From Trichosphaerium sp. ATCC 40318 (lineage: Eukaryota; Protista; Tubulinea), in contig JALMLS010000268.1 of NCBI GenBank assembly GCA_038496445.1, positions 1 through 64,000 of the forward strand: a DNA stretch of 64,000 nucleotides, written 5' to 3'. The notes under the pieces were generated by a model that had not been told where the DNA came from, searched no databases, and worked only from the letters and a program-made list of their open reading frames with translations. The translations under genes and the position numbers were made by a program. This document shows positions 36,174 to 49,479 of the stretch, one piece after another (positions within the stretch are counted from its first letter, which is position 1; each line of letters starts with the position of its first letter).

Positions 36174-37607
36174 TGGATAATATCCTTTATAAGCAAAGCA
36201 TAAGTATTTGTTCCAATGGAGTAAGTAGTTAAACAAGAAAGAAAAAATGCCAATGTGAAGTAACCTTGAGATAGCAAGTTCAAAAAAAAAAAGAAGAAAA
36301 AAAAAGAGATACCTTTGGATGCCTCCTTAAAAGTTTCTGACTGTGATACTAGTTTCATCTGTTTTTCTCTATTGCTAGAAAGGAATAATAATCTAGCAAA
36401 ACTTTCATTTGTTGTCTCATTCACCATCAAGTCTATTGGAACATCATCCGCTTTTTCTCCATGATGGAGTAAAAATGAAATCATTGCATTGTTTTTGTTT
36501 TGTATAGCGTATGTCAATGCATCTCCTTTGATATCTTCTTTAAAAGCAGTTATGAGTCTCTTTAGACAAGGTAATTTATCTGAAATGCCGAACACTTCAG
36601 AGAACGCATTAATAACACTTGAGTACTTAAAGTTTTTGTTTGATTTTGCTTCATCTGAACAAAGAATACCAATAATATCTTCTACTTCATTAAGCCTTAT
36701 GAAAGCATCAAGATTATTCCTAACATACAACCCCAGAAGCTACATAATATAAATATTTTAAAATAAGACAAAAGAAAAGAAAACGAAGAAAAGCAAAGTT
36801 ACATGAGGTAAAAAGCTCAATAACCGTACCCTTGTGTGTGTTTCTGTCCATGGATTTTTTGATCTTGATCGGTGTCTCAGAAATGCAATCAAAGGGAGAT
36901 CGCCATTTCCATCAACATAATCTTTTAGACTTTCCAGCATTCTGTAGCAAGTACAGAGATCGTTTTCATCACTATTTTTGTCTGACAATAAAAAAGAAGT
37001 AAAAACTGTTCTTCCCCCTACCAACCACGGTATAAACTTAGTGTTTTTGGACTTAACATATTACATACCTTTATTTATTATCCGAGAAATAGATTGTGTA
37101 TTATTTAGTAGTATCCTAGGTGAACCGTTAAACAATTTTTTCAAAAAAAAAAACAGTAACTCGAGTTTTTAAAATGAGTCAAACTTTAGTCGTTTGCACC
37201 ATGTACCTGATGAATTTGGAGGAGTGAACCTCACTAGCCAAGTGCATTAAATAATATGTACTTGTTAGATCCTCTATAGATGCATTTCGAGCGGAAGAAA
37301 CAGAATTCAAAATTTTGAGTGTCAAATTAGATTTTACGGTTTCCTTCCATTCACTCTCCCAAATGCTTCTGAGGAGCTGCGCTAGTTTAATTTAGGAAAT
37401 AATTGTCCATTCTAGCCTATTTAACGTACCTAAATCGCATTGTTTGAAGTACTCAGTTGTGGAATGATCGAGAAGTATAAGCGCGGTTTCGTACAACCCT
37501 TTATGTATAAACACAAGCAAGGGATCACCTTTTTCATCCGCTATAAGCTTTTTATCCTCTTCGCTTATTTTACACTGCCCAAAGTACCGCGTGTCCAAAT
37601 AACTCAT
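36164..37607 (-). CDS. Helical/ankyrin-like repeat protein; may be the 5' part of the adjacent F-box gene
   Basis: GDPLLVFIHKGLYETALILLDH, GDLPLIAFL and DALTYAIQNKNNAMISFLLHHG resemble ankyrin repeats; spliced. Confidence 0.5.
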
Positions 37608-38026
37608 GATTTGTGCTAGTTGAGGCGCGTTTTCTTATTCACTACAAACTTCAAAGAAACGTTAAGTCAATTTTATTGCAGCTAAGCGACCGTTGTGAAA
37701 TTACTACGCTGTCTAGCAGATGTCTAAATAGCGTGGCGTTAACACTCGTTTTTGTATAGATACATAAGGTGGCCACTGAATGAGGAAAGTACCAGTGTTT
37801 GGTTAGAAACAGTGAATAATCAAAGCCATAAATGTTGAATTACTGATGTGTTTTAAACAGGTGTACAAATATTGTGAGGATCTTCGTGTTTTATGTCGTT
37901 GATATCATATTTATTTCTTTGTGTACAAGTATGCACGTGCGAGTTTACAAAAATAGTAAGGGTATTCAAGGTATAAACTGTTGAAACAAATTAATAAAAA
38001 ATTAAATACATTTTATGAATTCTCTT

Positions 38027-41000
38027 TTAATGCTGGTCTATTGTACGTCTAGTGACATATTTGACTATAAGTATTACACTGACAATAATAATGACAGCTG
38101 TGGCGAGTGCAACAATTGGTATTATCACAAGCAATTTTGAAACCTGAGCGGAAAAAAGATTAGAAACCAAAAAAAGAGTATTAACAGCAAGCGTACCCTG
38201 TTAGGCGTCTCAATACCTATAGGTTTAGAGAAGGTGCTCTGAGGTGATTCTGTAGGTGTAGATCCTGTGGGTGCGGTCGAATTTGCATCAGGTACAGTAC
38301 GTTCGCCTACGGAGCAAGGTTAAACAAATGACTAAAATTTTCTTTCATACCAATGCCGTAGAATGTCAACGACCATGATTTTAATGTGACATCCAATGAG
38401 TCTCTGCTTTCTATACGAAGAGTCCAGTCTCCCTAAGAATAATACATATAAATACTATATAGAAGACTGCTTTTGTAATCACCTTTATGTTCATGCCCCA
38501 AAAAGCAAGAGAGTTAAATGTCCAATCAGGTCCAATATTAGCAGCGCGATCAGCACCTCTTTGGATTGCAAGAACTGATGGTGTGTTATCAGGTCCTATA
38601 AGAGTAACTTTCAATGCCCCTCTGTTTCCATGAATGATCTCTGGAGAGAGAGTCACGTGATGTACAATCATATCATCCTTTGTTTGCAAATGAGAAAAAA
38701 AAATACATAACAGTAAAATTTGTTCGTTGACGTACAGGCACAGTGATGACATTCACAGCTTCTGTTTTAAAAACTGCGTTTGGTTCTGTTGAGTAAGTTT
38801 TAGATGCCTCAACGATAGTTTCTTCCCATGCAAGTGCGTTTTGAACAAGCTACCATGGTTATTAGCATATATCTCAACAGCCATAAAGTACTTACCTTTG
38901 TTGCATTGAGAAGGCCAAATCCGTATGCGTTTGAGTGCCAGATACCTAAACTAGTTAGGCGACAAGCTGACTATCAAAATAGTACTTACCTGCAGCATTC
39001 TTGTGCCATTCTGATCCAGATTGGGTCGTGTGTACTGGAGTACTTGACTCTTGAATTAGATATTGTACCTTTGGATTAAATGCGTTAGCACAAACTCATG
39101 AAGAAAACAAAAAGTACCTCAAGCCAACTCAAGTCGGGATTGGCTTCAAGCATAAGTGCCAATATACCTGCAGCCAAAGGAGCTGCAGCTGATGTTCCTT
39201 TGAACCCTTCATTACACGTAAAAGGTTTACCAACCTTACAAGTAGTGATACCTAAATAATAATCAAACACATCCTAACTTCGTAGAATTTTTGGTTTTGA
39301 TACAAGAAAACGGCTAAGCGAGCCCCGAAGAATTTGTGGACTAAAGAAACCACTAAGAACATGATAAAAATATCGTACCAGATCCAGATAATGCACCGCC
39401 AGGAACTACAGCAATAACGCCAGAGCATGCCTGGTAAAATAAAGTTAAAAATATTGTATTGTCTGAAAATCGTACCTCACTGTAAACTGCTACTGTTGCT
39501 TGTGATGTTGAAGCACCAACAGTGATTGTGTAACGTGAAGAAGCATACCCATCAAATGCACAGCTGTCACCACTGGAAAGTGTTAGTTTTTTTCTTCTTT
39601 TCTTTCTTTCTTTCTTGTTATCACTTACGAGCGTTTACCATTTCCACTAGCCCATATAATGAGTCTACCTTTACCTCCACGAGCATTTTTAATAGTGTGT
39701 TCAATCGCTTTTGTTGCTAACGGCTATGGAATGTGAGATTTTTGAGGAAGTTGTCGAAGTGAATACAAGCAAATAGCTCAATAAGTGCACGTGTTTCAAA
39801 AAATATTGGTTACCTTTGGATTAGACATTGTTTTACCATCGTCATTAGGTCCCCAACTACAACTAATAATAGACACATCATCTGGTTTCCACGTGAATGC
39901 AGCAGCCTATTAATTTAACACTGAGTAATGATTTTTTTTTTTCTTGATTGTTTTCCAATTACCTCTTCAGCATCTGTTGAGCACTCACAAGGAGTTCTTT
40001 GTAGAATAGCCATACCAGCCAAACGCGCATTAAAAGCTGCACCAACACCACAACTCTCTTGTGATACAGCTGCGGCTACACCACTGCATTCAGTACCTTA
40101 ACTCAATAAGTAATTTCTAGCGTGCCAAAAAAATGTAGTATGAAAGCTCACCGTGATAATCCCGCGAGTAGTTTTCTGGGTATGGGTTGCTATTATTATG
40201 ATTGAAATTCCAACTAGCCTAAACATCAAAAAGGTGTCAATAAAAACACAATGTACACCTACTAACATCCGCATCGTAGTTATCCTTTAAATCAGGATGA
40301 TCATGTTGTAAACCATCATCAGCGATACCAATAATTACACCCTTTCCTGTAATATCCATACTCCAAGCACCAGGTGCGCTTACCTATTTAGGAATGAGAT
40401 TAAATTAAAAACATTTAACAAAACAAAAAAAAAGCAGTTTCCAAAAAAAAAAGTGCGTACGCCTCCTATTGTGTCGTATAGGTGCCATTGTTTGGAGAAT
40501 AAAGGATCTGTAGGTATACGTTTTCCTTCTAACCACCATGATTCAGTGCTTTCATGTCCACGCTTCGAGTGGTGGTTGAGTTGCTAAAAAAAGAGTTAAA
40601 ACGTTTATCGTAAAATGTGTGAAGAGGCGCAAAGGTACCTGTCGTTGATGAGATAATATTCCATACGTTGTGTGGAGCCCTCTCTTTGGGTTTTGATCAA
40701 ACGACGCGAGAACATTCAGAAATTCTTGATGTTGTTCTGGAAGCGTGTTAATGCTTCTTTTTGATTCCCATGGCTCGTTAGATGGTGAGTTCTTGAATTT
40801 GAATAAATGGTAGTTATCTAAAGCGCCAACAGGACCCCAATATTGCAAACCATGCTTTCTGGCAAACGATGAAGCAATTGATCCATCCTTAGGCGATGTT
40901 AGATTATTTACAACGAAAAACAGTTACAACAGATCGGCAAACGCGCCAATACAATTGATTAAAAGAATAAACCAGAAAAGAAGCAAAATACGTAATAGTA

Positions 41001-41140
41001 CCTCAAACTCGATAACCCATTCGTCTACGTAGTCTCCACTGTCTATTTGAGTGTTAAACAAAGACTTTAGTACGAATAGCACCTGTGGTAGCAATAGCTT
41101 GTAGCACAATCAACGATAGCGTCAGTAACACCAATTTCAT
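38027..41140 (-). CDS. Kexin/furin-like proprotein convertase (S8B) with P-domain and TM anchor
   Basis: [13 protein letters not shown] (Asp), HGTECSG (His), [13 protein letters not shown] (oxyanion), [11 protein letters not shown] (Ser), P-domain [11 protein letters not shown]-terminal TM. Confidence 0.93.
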
Positions 41141-41242
41141 TGTGATTCAGGTTCTAATGGCCCTTTGGTGTCAACGCACTATTTACAACTTCAGTCAAAG
41201 TCAAGAGAAGCATACGTAAAACACTGTTAACTTACGACACAT

Positions 41243-42804
41243 ATGGCAACAAGTACGCCTACCACAACCAATCTCGCGTTTTATGTTGTTTTATAAAAGA
41301 TCTGTGTTTGACGTTTTGTAACGCCATCACCACAGATACACACTAAGTTAAAGACGGCGAATCTTAGCTTTTATTTTGATTCCCAATCTAATTTTGAACC
41401 AATGCCATTTTAATGCTTGTAGCCATTACCATTGACGCCAGCGTGGACGACGAAACGTCTAGCAACCAAAGTGACTCCATTACCGTAGATGAGGACGATG
41501 AATCAAGCGTTGATGTTAAATCTTCTCTTAACGGCGATATAGAGTTAGACGACGGAGTAAAACGCTTTTTCTCCGTTACGTGTTATTGAATTCTTTATTT
41601 AGGCTTCTGGTGATGAATCTATTTCTCAATATCCAGCTTATACAAAGGTACAAAAAGCACTAAAATATAAACAACATACTCCATTGGTGGTTGTTATTGG
41701 ATGATCATTCGCTGTGGTGATAGCTATTTTGAGTTGCAGTAAAAATGATTGTGGACCTCTTTTTTTTCATTATTGCCGCTCCCACGATTAAGCAATAACA
41801 GTTTTTTAGGCAACGTGGGTTAAATGTGCTTTAGTAGCATCATGGATATCTATTGTTCTCACGTTGCTCGCTGGCGTAGGTGGCATTGTAGCAGCAATCA
41901 TAATTAAAAGTAAGTTTTGTCTCAAGTTCAAAAAAATGATTCTCATGCTCTTTTCTTTAGGTTCAGCAATGCTTGGTTTTGCATTAGAATCTTTCGTTGA
42001 TGTGTTTTCTTCTGTTTTAGTGTTATGGCGTTTCTGGCATGGAGGTTCTAAAGACCCTGTAAGTAAAACTTTTGAAGATTTACAAGTCCTATTATGGTTC
42101 TTACTATTTTGTTTACTATTACTAGGCTGTCGCAGCAAAATTAGCTAGTAGGGAGAAAAGAGCTTCTGTTGGTATTGCTATCACATTTATTCTGATTTCT
42201 ATTGTTGTTGGTATTCAAGTACGTGTTATTTTACGAAATCTTTTTTCGGTTATTATTTCCTCCGCTTTATCTCGTTCTCTCTTTCTACAATCACGTGTTA
42301 TGTCCAAACTTATAGCTAACTTTTTACTAAGGCTATTGTCCATCTTGCCAAAAAAACAGAACCTGAAGAAGCTACACATTGATCATTATAGCATCTTGTT
42401 GTCTAGTTGCTTTTCTAGTTCTTGCTGTTGTTAAATTCCGTATTTCATTTGCTTTGCATTCGTCTGCGATGAGGAAAGGTATTACGCAACCCCTTGTTTT
42501 TTAAGTACTCACAATATGCTTTAGACGCAGTTACAAGTGCTGCAGTAGCTATATTATCAGGTGGAATAATAGTGTATCCAAAACAACCCTTCATTATGTT
42601 TTCTCCTTTTTTTCTTTCTTTTTTTCGGATTACGCTGTTAACTCATTAAGATCTGCTTCAGTTCATAAACATCATAGCAACGTATGGTTCCTGGATGCTA
42701 TAGTAGCAATTGTTGTATCATTAATACTTGTTGTCTATGCTTGCAAAACGTTATTTACAACAAAGTGGATTTCAAAAGATTTTTGGACTGGAAAAATCAA
42801 TTGA
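41243..42804 (+). CDS. TMEM163: TMEM163-like cation (Zn) efflux transporter
   Basis: ALVASWISIVLT, SAMLGFALESFVDVFSSVLVLWRF, REKRASVGIA, SSAMRKDAVTS, WFLDAIVA; one apparent indel near 42375. Confidence 0.8.
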
Positions 42805-43249
42805 ACTCTTGGAGTTAAATTGAAACATAGCGAAGATGTCATAAATAAAACATATTTTGTAAGACTTATCCTCTCTTCTTTGACTTTTTCTTTTAATAGC
42901 AACGTGATCACACTCTAAGTGTACAAGGACTTGTTCAAAAAGCGAAAGATCAAATAAAGCAATTTGAACTGACTGACAAATATCAGCCAGTTTATGTATG
43001 TACGTTGTTCAAAATAGTGATTGTAAATAAATGGCTCATAGCCACAACAGCACCAGTGTGTCTTTTTAAGGTAGCTCTACCTAATTCACAAGAATGCATG
43101 TCTTGCTTATACCACTACTTATTACCTTGTCAAAGAATTTATACTTAATAGTATTGTTTGTACAAGATAACTCTTCTTAAGTTCAGAGAAGCACATCAAG
43201 CCGATAAAATTTAACTTGTGACTAAAATTAATTGCTTTATTTATTTTTC

Positions 43250-45108
43250 TCATGCAGTGTATTGGCAAATCCTGAAATGGAATGGTTCAAGCAAAGGATA
43301 TTGTTGTAAAAGCTTATTTCTTCCTGACTCCATACCAATACATGTAACAGTTGGACATGAGAGAACAGCCAATGAAGCTAAAAACATTATACTATCTACA
43401 CATGAAGGCGATTCTTTTGGAGTGATGTCTTTCAATGTGTTCCAAACCTCAGCAGGTACATCAGATCTCTGTTTAATTGTTGTTCCACTGTCTTGAGTTT
43501 GTATTGATTCTCCAACAAGAGGTACATTATCAAAGCTTACATCAAGTGTAAAGGCATCGTAATGGTGAGCTTCAACAGTGCAGTGAACAATATGACCATT
43601 GTACCAATACACAGCATCAAGAAAATCGTGTACCTGAAAGGTATTAAAAGAAGATTACAAATGAACCACTCCAAGCAAGCAAAAACAAAGGATTGTATTA
43701 AAAAAATGGGAAAAAACAAAAAACATGTATGAAGTATGGATCGTACCAAACAGTATTCCTGACCACCTATCATCCTTGAGTCACATGATATCAATTCAAT
43801 TGATGAAAGTTGATCTTTGTGGATTAATGGGAAACCTCTGTTTGAAGATTTTAGATTTTTTGATAGCATAGCCTGAAGTAAACAAGCAGTTATCCTCTTT
43901 CTAACAAAACTATGTAATGATTGCCTTAATAGTGCTGTAATAAATGAAGGCATTCTAGGTCTTTGTCTATCTTCTAAAATGACTCCAGAGGTTGAAAAAT
44001 CCATAAGCATAGTATTATTAGGTACCATGTAATTGATGATGTCATTGATGCCGTTGATGCCAACATCTTTTAAAATTTGAATACAAAACTCAGAATCATT
44101 CAAATGTTGATATTCACATGCAGCTGTCATCTTTGATCTCAGACTTGCTGAAAGTCCTGGATCAAAATTTGCGTTGTATTTGTCAAACACAAGGAAAAGT
44201 GGTGTTAGCTGCTTGTCCACCACTATTTCTATTCTGACCGAAATTTGTTGAGAATCTAATAAAAAGGCGATTTAGTTGCTCTCCTTTTGAACAAGACTAT
44301 ACAACAGTCTAGCATAGGTATTGGATTATATATATATAAACCTTAACTAGTTCTGACATACACAGCAGATGTCGAAATGTTGATAAAAAAGCTGAAAAAA
44401 CACAACATGGTTGTGAATAAATGATAGAAAAGTGAAACAGCAGGAACACATACTGTTACGATAGTTCAATATTTCATCATAGTTAACAAGTCCATAAACT
44501 TCATCCTTATCATCGCATGTATCCATTTGAAACTCACAATATAGTCCCTTTCCTTCAAAAGGTTCTTTTACCTCTCCACGGTACCATGATAAATATCTCT
44601 TAATGGTACCTTTTAACAGTTAGTTGTTCAAATAGTGAAATTGAAATGATGTTTTTTTGACAATGTCTGTTCAAAAGGTCCAATAAATAACACGTGGCAC
44701 TTTTAAATCACAGAAGCCAAGTTGCAAAAAGGCGTTCAATAATACAACAGTTAAAAATAACATACCTTTTGGCTTTGGAGCAAGCTCCAGCTGAATAGCT
44801 TCGTTCAAATCATGTAGATCATTCATTGTTTTAGTACCCAAGTTGTTTTTGATGATACTAGAGTCCTTGTGGTGTCTATCCAGTGTTTCGTTTAGATATT
44901 GTCTGAGCTGTATGATATGTCTCAAGTAAGACTTGCTGCTGCCTTGAAAACATCGTTTAGAAGTCAACCGAAAAGATAGTATCGAGTTGATTGTTAAATA
45001 GTCGCAAAATGTCGCAATCGCATCTAGTGCTAGTGTATTTAGTGTTGTAGGGTTTGTAGTCATGTTGTTCGGTTGAAATATAGCTTTAGGCCTTTGTGAT
45101 TGTTCCAT
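43250..45108 (-). CDS. F-box-like protein, unknown C-terminal domain
   Basis: LNTLALDAIATFCDYLTINSILSFRLTSKR near the N-terminus; further spliced exons 43537-44223 and 43250-43612. Confidence 0.55.
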
Positions 45109-45681
45109 TCAATAAACGATAGCGTCAATTGAACGTATCAACTACTGTTATGTTCAGCTAGTGTCGCGCAGGCTTACAAGTTAAGTTTGTTGCCAGCCTT
45201 AAAATCAAGCTCCTGGTTTTACAAGAACACGGAATTTCACGCAAACTACCTTGGAACTTGGAGATATTTTGCTACTTTCATTTCCAGAAGTTTAGCTTAG
45301 AGACGTAGGCTCTTAATTAATGAACAGCCGCTTGGTGACCACCTAAATACTTGCTCAAAAGTAGCGTTTTATCGTTACACTATGCCATTGCCTACTTACA
45401 ATCCACACAAGAGCGCGGCTCTACTCAATTATATATTTTTGAGCCTTGCTGTCTGTTACAGTTTATGCTATACACAGAAAAAAACAAGAAAACTAACAAG
45501 GCACAAGTCAGAACATTATGTAAATACTTACCTTGTATCTCTAACTCTATTAATCCTCTGGTCCATTATAATTTAACTTCAAATGTACATATAGCCAGCA
45601 TTACATGATGCTAGTTAAGGAGGCTCCATTTAAGTAGAGTTTACCAACTCAGCGTATTACTAAGAATTACCTTTCAACAAA

Positions 45682-46464
45682 ATGAATACCATAGAGAAAC
45701 CTCTTTGTGGCAATTTACTACACCTTCCAATGGAACTACAACTAGATATTATCGATATAGACTTTGAAGCGTTTATAATTTGGCCATTGTTATCAAAACA
45801 AGCAGCAATGACAACAAGATTTAATGACAAGCTTGAAAAACATGGTAAATGGTTACGACAAAAAACTAACTCTTATTGTAAACGTATCATACGTAAGGAG
45901 TATTGGAAGCACGGTAAAAAGCATGGAGAAGAAGTTGTTTGGTATACCGATGGTCAATTACGCTCTAGGCGATATTTTATTGATAATGTAGTTGAGGGAG
46001 AGTGGAAACGTTGGCATTGTAATGGTACTATTTGGCAGCGTCGTTTTTTCGTGAAGAACAGATTAAATGGCGAAGTAAGGAAATGGCATCCTGATGGTAA
46101 ACTGTTGGAACTTTGTCATTATATTCACGGTAGGTTAGAAGGAGAGCACAAGCAATGGTATAAATGTGGAAGCTTGTGGCTGCAAACTTATTATGTCAAT
46201 TACAAACAAGAAGGTGAAAGGAAGTTGTGGTATCGCAGTGGCCAATTAAGGGAGCAAGGGAGTTACGTTAAAGGTGTATTACATGGAGAGTATAGAATGT
46301 GGAATGAAAATGGCCAATTAAAAATACATTGTCACTATGCTGATGGTAAGAAAGATGGCGCGTACTTGGAGTTTTATAATGGTACATTGAAGTCTAAAAG
46401 CTACTATGTAAAGGGTAGGCTGCAACAGTTTAAGATAAGGTTTAAGGACAAGTTATCACCTTAA
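45682..46464 (+). CDS. F-box-like + MORN-variant repeat protein, divergent copy C (intronless)
   Basis: LLHLPMELQLDIIDID...PLLSK...TRF....KHGKWL shared with copies A/B, followed by G..EGE.K.W..NG repeats. Confidence 0.85.
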   Translation: MNTIEKPLCGNLLHLPMELQLDIIDIDFEAFIIWPLLSKQAAMTTRFNDKLEKHGKWLRQKTNSYCKRIIRKEYWKHGKKHGEEVVWYTDGQLRSRRYFIDNVVEGEWKRWHCNGTIWQRRFFVKNRLNGEVRKWHPDGKLLELCHYIHGRLEGEHKQWYKCGSLWLQTYYVNYKQEGERKLWYRSGQLREQGSYVKGVLHGEYRMWNENGQLKIHCHYADGKKDGAYLEFYNGTLKSKSYYVKGRLQQFKIRFKDKLSP

Positions 46465-46746
46465 ATTTCGAGTAAAATCAAACAGTGTTAGGACTTGACA
46501 ATAAAGAAATCACTTTTTTTTAATTGTTCAACAAATGTAGTGTACGCTGATGACTAAAGCGTTGAATGAAGACTAAAAAGGTCTCTTTTTCTAGCATCAA
46601 GAGGTTCACTTTCACTGTTATGTGTGTCATGGTGTACAAAAAAGTCACGTAATAAGAGATAATGGGAAGTCGTGTTCATTAGTCTTTTTCGAATGTTTTC
46701 TTTTAAATATCAATCACAAATCATGCACAGTTGATGCCTCTTCGTT

Positions 46747-49317
46747 TTATTGTACAGAATCAGAAATTATGAGTGCGGTGTCTTCACTATCACTAGGTTC
46801 TTCGTCATTATTAATTTGTGGTTTTACTGTCTCACATAATTGACCTCCTTTAAATTGATCGACAAGTGTTAACACAATAACAACCATAAAAGTGAAAGCT
46901 TCCAAAGCAACTAAATATAACATCGCAATATTCCATTTATAAGTGCCTCTTGGCACTACACATTTATCCGGAGAATCAGGAATGTCACCTTTGAAAAAAA
47001 AATTAACGCACGTGTTCAAGTTAAAGAAAAAAGAAAGAAAACGTTGCTGAACTTTGTGGAGTAAGAAATGACTTAATCGAACGCAATGCAATTTATCCTT
47101 TGCGTCTTATGCTCAACCTCGTAATGAGAGGTTTTTTTAAAACCTCAATCTTACCTTGAGCTAAAGCAGTGATTACTACGCTGTTTATCATTCCCAAGTT
47201 TAAACCAGCCATCTAAAAAAACAAACAAAACTGTGAGCATAACTAGTCTTGCAAGTGACTATTTTTCTCGCAGAACTGCGTACAAATATTCCGTATGCTG
47301 TAGACGTATATTCTTCAGGTATTATCATGGGTATTGCAGGCCATACACAAGCTTGAACCAACGCCAAACTGAGCCTGTACAAAGCTAAGATAAGAAGAAC
47401 AACAAAGTTACAAAGACTCAATTACCCGAGTATTGAAAAACACAATATTGGAGGTACGCTTTGAGCAAACCCGAGGCATCCATGTGCAATAATTAGTAGA
47501 AGTATACTCACAAGCACTATGTTGAAATAAGTCAAAACAAAGAAAAAAAGAAGAAATAAAGAAACTTAAACATTAAACGTACACAAGTACGTCCTCCTTC
47601 CAACACAATCAACTAGTCTTCCAATAATAGGAGATAATATCATTGATGAAACAGAAATAGCACTACAAGTATATCCAGCATGTGTTGAATCGTATTGGAA
47701 TTGGTCTTGTAAAAAATCGCTAAAACAGTGTCAGAAGAAATACTTGAACAAACAGCATTAAGGCCATCTCAGTTTTTGATGATTCTTTGGCGTTCAAAGA
47801 ATAAAATTTTATGAAGAAAGCGTACCTTGCTGTTGTCGTAAAAGCAGATATTTCTGCATAGTACAAAGTGACAATGAGTGAAAGTAACCAAAACCTACTA
47901 TCAAAGTTCCATATTGCACCAAAGTTTAGTTTTCTCTCTTCGGTGCTTTTCAGTTCTAGTCTTCTTCTTCCGTAGTTATCCATTAGTACATATATTCCAT
48001 GAAATAAAAGACAAACGAATGAAAGAATACCGCCTAAGCATAGAAATTAAACATGATTCATGATTTAATCATTTCATAAAAGATTAGTTGGTGTCTACTT
48101 TTCGCTCTTTAACGACTGAGATTATTTGTGTGGTAAAAAAAAGGGACGCGATATTGGATGTTAATGACTAGTTTAGAAACATAAATATCATTTACACTAC
48201 AAGTAGTAGCGATAAAAATAGGTTATAAAATGAGAATATTGTAAGAATAGTTGTACGCTAAAGATAAATCTGTACCTATCCACAGAACCCACTTGTAGTC
48301 TCCGAGATCTTTTGCAATAACAGCAGGCATAGCGAGAGCTAAAAAATCAGCCTTATTTCAAATATATTAAAAAAACCATAGTGCTACACTGTGTTTCTTT
48401 AATGACACGTACCAGTCGTAGAAAAAAAAAAGAAACACCAAATGCTGTCGACAGTATAGCTGTTCCTGAAAAATACCGAACCAACATTGAGATGTTAACA
48501 ATGTAGTATATATCAGCACCAACACTTGGAAAGAAAACAAGTTAGTAAGAGGCCAATAAAGCAAGAAAATGTCAAAGACACATTTTGTAAAATGCATGTT
48601 AGATTTGTTGTACCCAAAAAGAAAGCGTCCTATCATCATTACAATAAAAGGTGTCTCCGTGCCATGAGTATAAGCTGCTCCAGCTACCAAAAAATTCCCA
48701 ACTGTCACCAAACCATTAAGTATAATACCATACCAACGAAGTCCTTAAACAAAACCAAGTCAACAAAAAAAAAGACGAAAGAAATTCTTCAAAAAGAAAA
48801 AAAACATTGTCATTTCTACAAAAACAGACACAATGTGACACTATATTTTCTCACCTAGTTTATCTGCTAAAGCGCCTCCAAATAATGCAAGAACTATATT
48901 TGGCGCAGAGTATATCTAAGGTGACGTCACAATTTGAAACGCACATGAAAAAAAAAAGCTCTAACCATAAAGAGTGAACCAAATCTAGTCTTATCAATAT
49001 GCAACTCCTGAGACACTAACAGTTAGAAGTAATAAAGATGGGAACATACCTCGCATAGCTCTTTTGAAAGAGGTTGTATCTCAAAGTAAGCAAAGTATGC
49101 TCCAGTAGGTATAACTGCAATTATACACAAAAGCGTATACCTTCGTTAAAGTTATGCCAAAAAAAAACGTGAATAAAACGTAAACATCATAACGTTCACG
49201 TGAAAAAGTATGTAAGCGTAATATATAACGCACATACCTAAATAATCTTGATTTCACACTAAAAAAGCTTCTTTTACGAATACGCTTCCTAACTATAGGT
49301 TCTTGGCGTGCTTTCAT
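46747..49317 (-). CDS. MFS transporter, MFSD1-like
   Basis: GAYFAY, IYSAPNIVLALFGGALADKL, MMIGRFLFG, FWLLS, SPIIGRLVDCVGRR, CVWPAIPMIIPEEYTSTAYG, LVDQFKGGQL. Confidence 0.85.
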
Positions 49318-49479
49318 TATTAATGTATAGTTTTTCAATACCAACACATTCGGTAGTAATAAAGTAAGGGTAAATTTCCGAAAATCATGTGCGGTCCGAA
49401 GAAAGTCACGTGGCACAAAAAGTCACAAGAAATCATAAAAATTCGAGTTGGAGTTGTTTTCAAATAGCCTGCAATAAGA

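Noticed and set aside
21610-37607. Intact endogenous giant virus region
   Set aside because: No NCLDV hallmark genes (capsid, PolB, A32 ATPase, D5) are visible, and the virus-like genes are interleaved with intron-rich housekeeping genes.
42361-42390. Frameshift in TMEM163-like gene (and similar breaks near 1240 and 53520) as programmed frameshifting or pseudogenisation
   Set aside because: Single-base indels in otherwise intact genes are more simply explained by assembly error.
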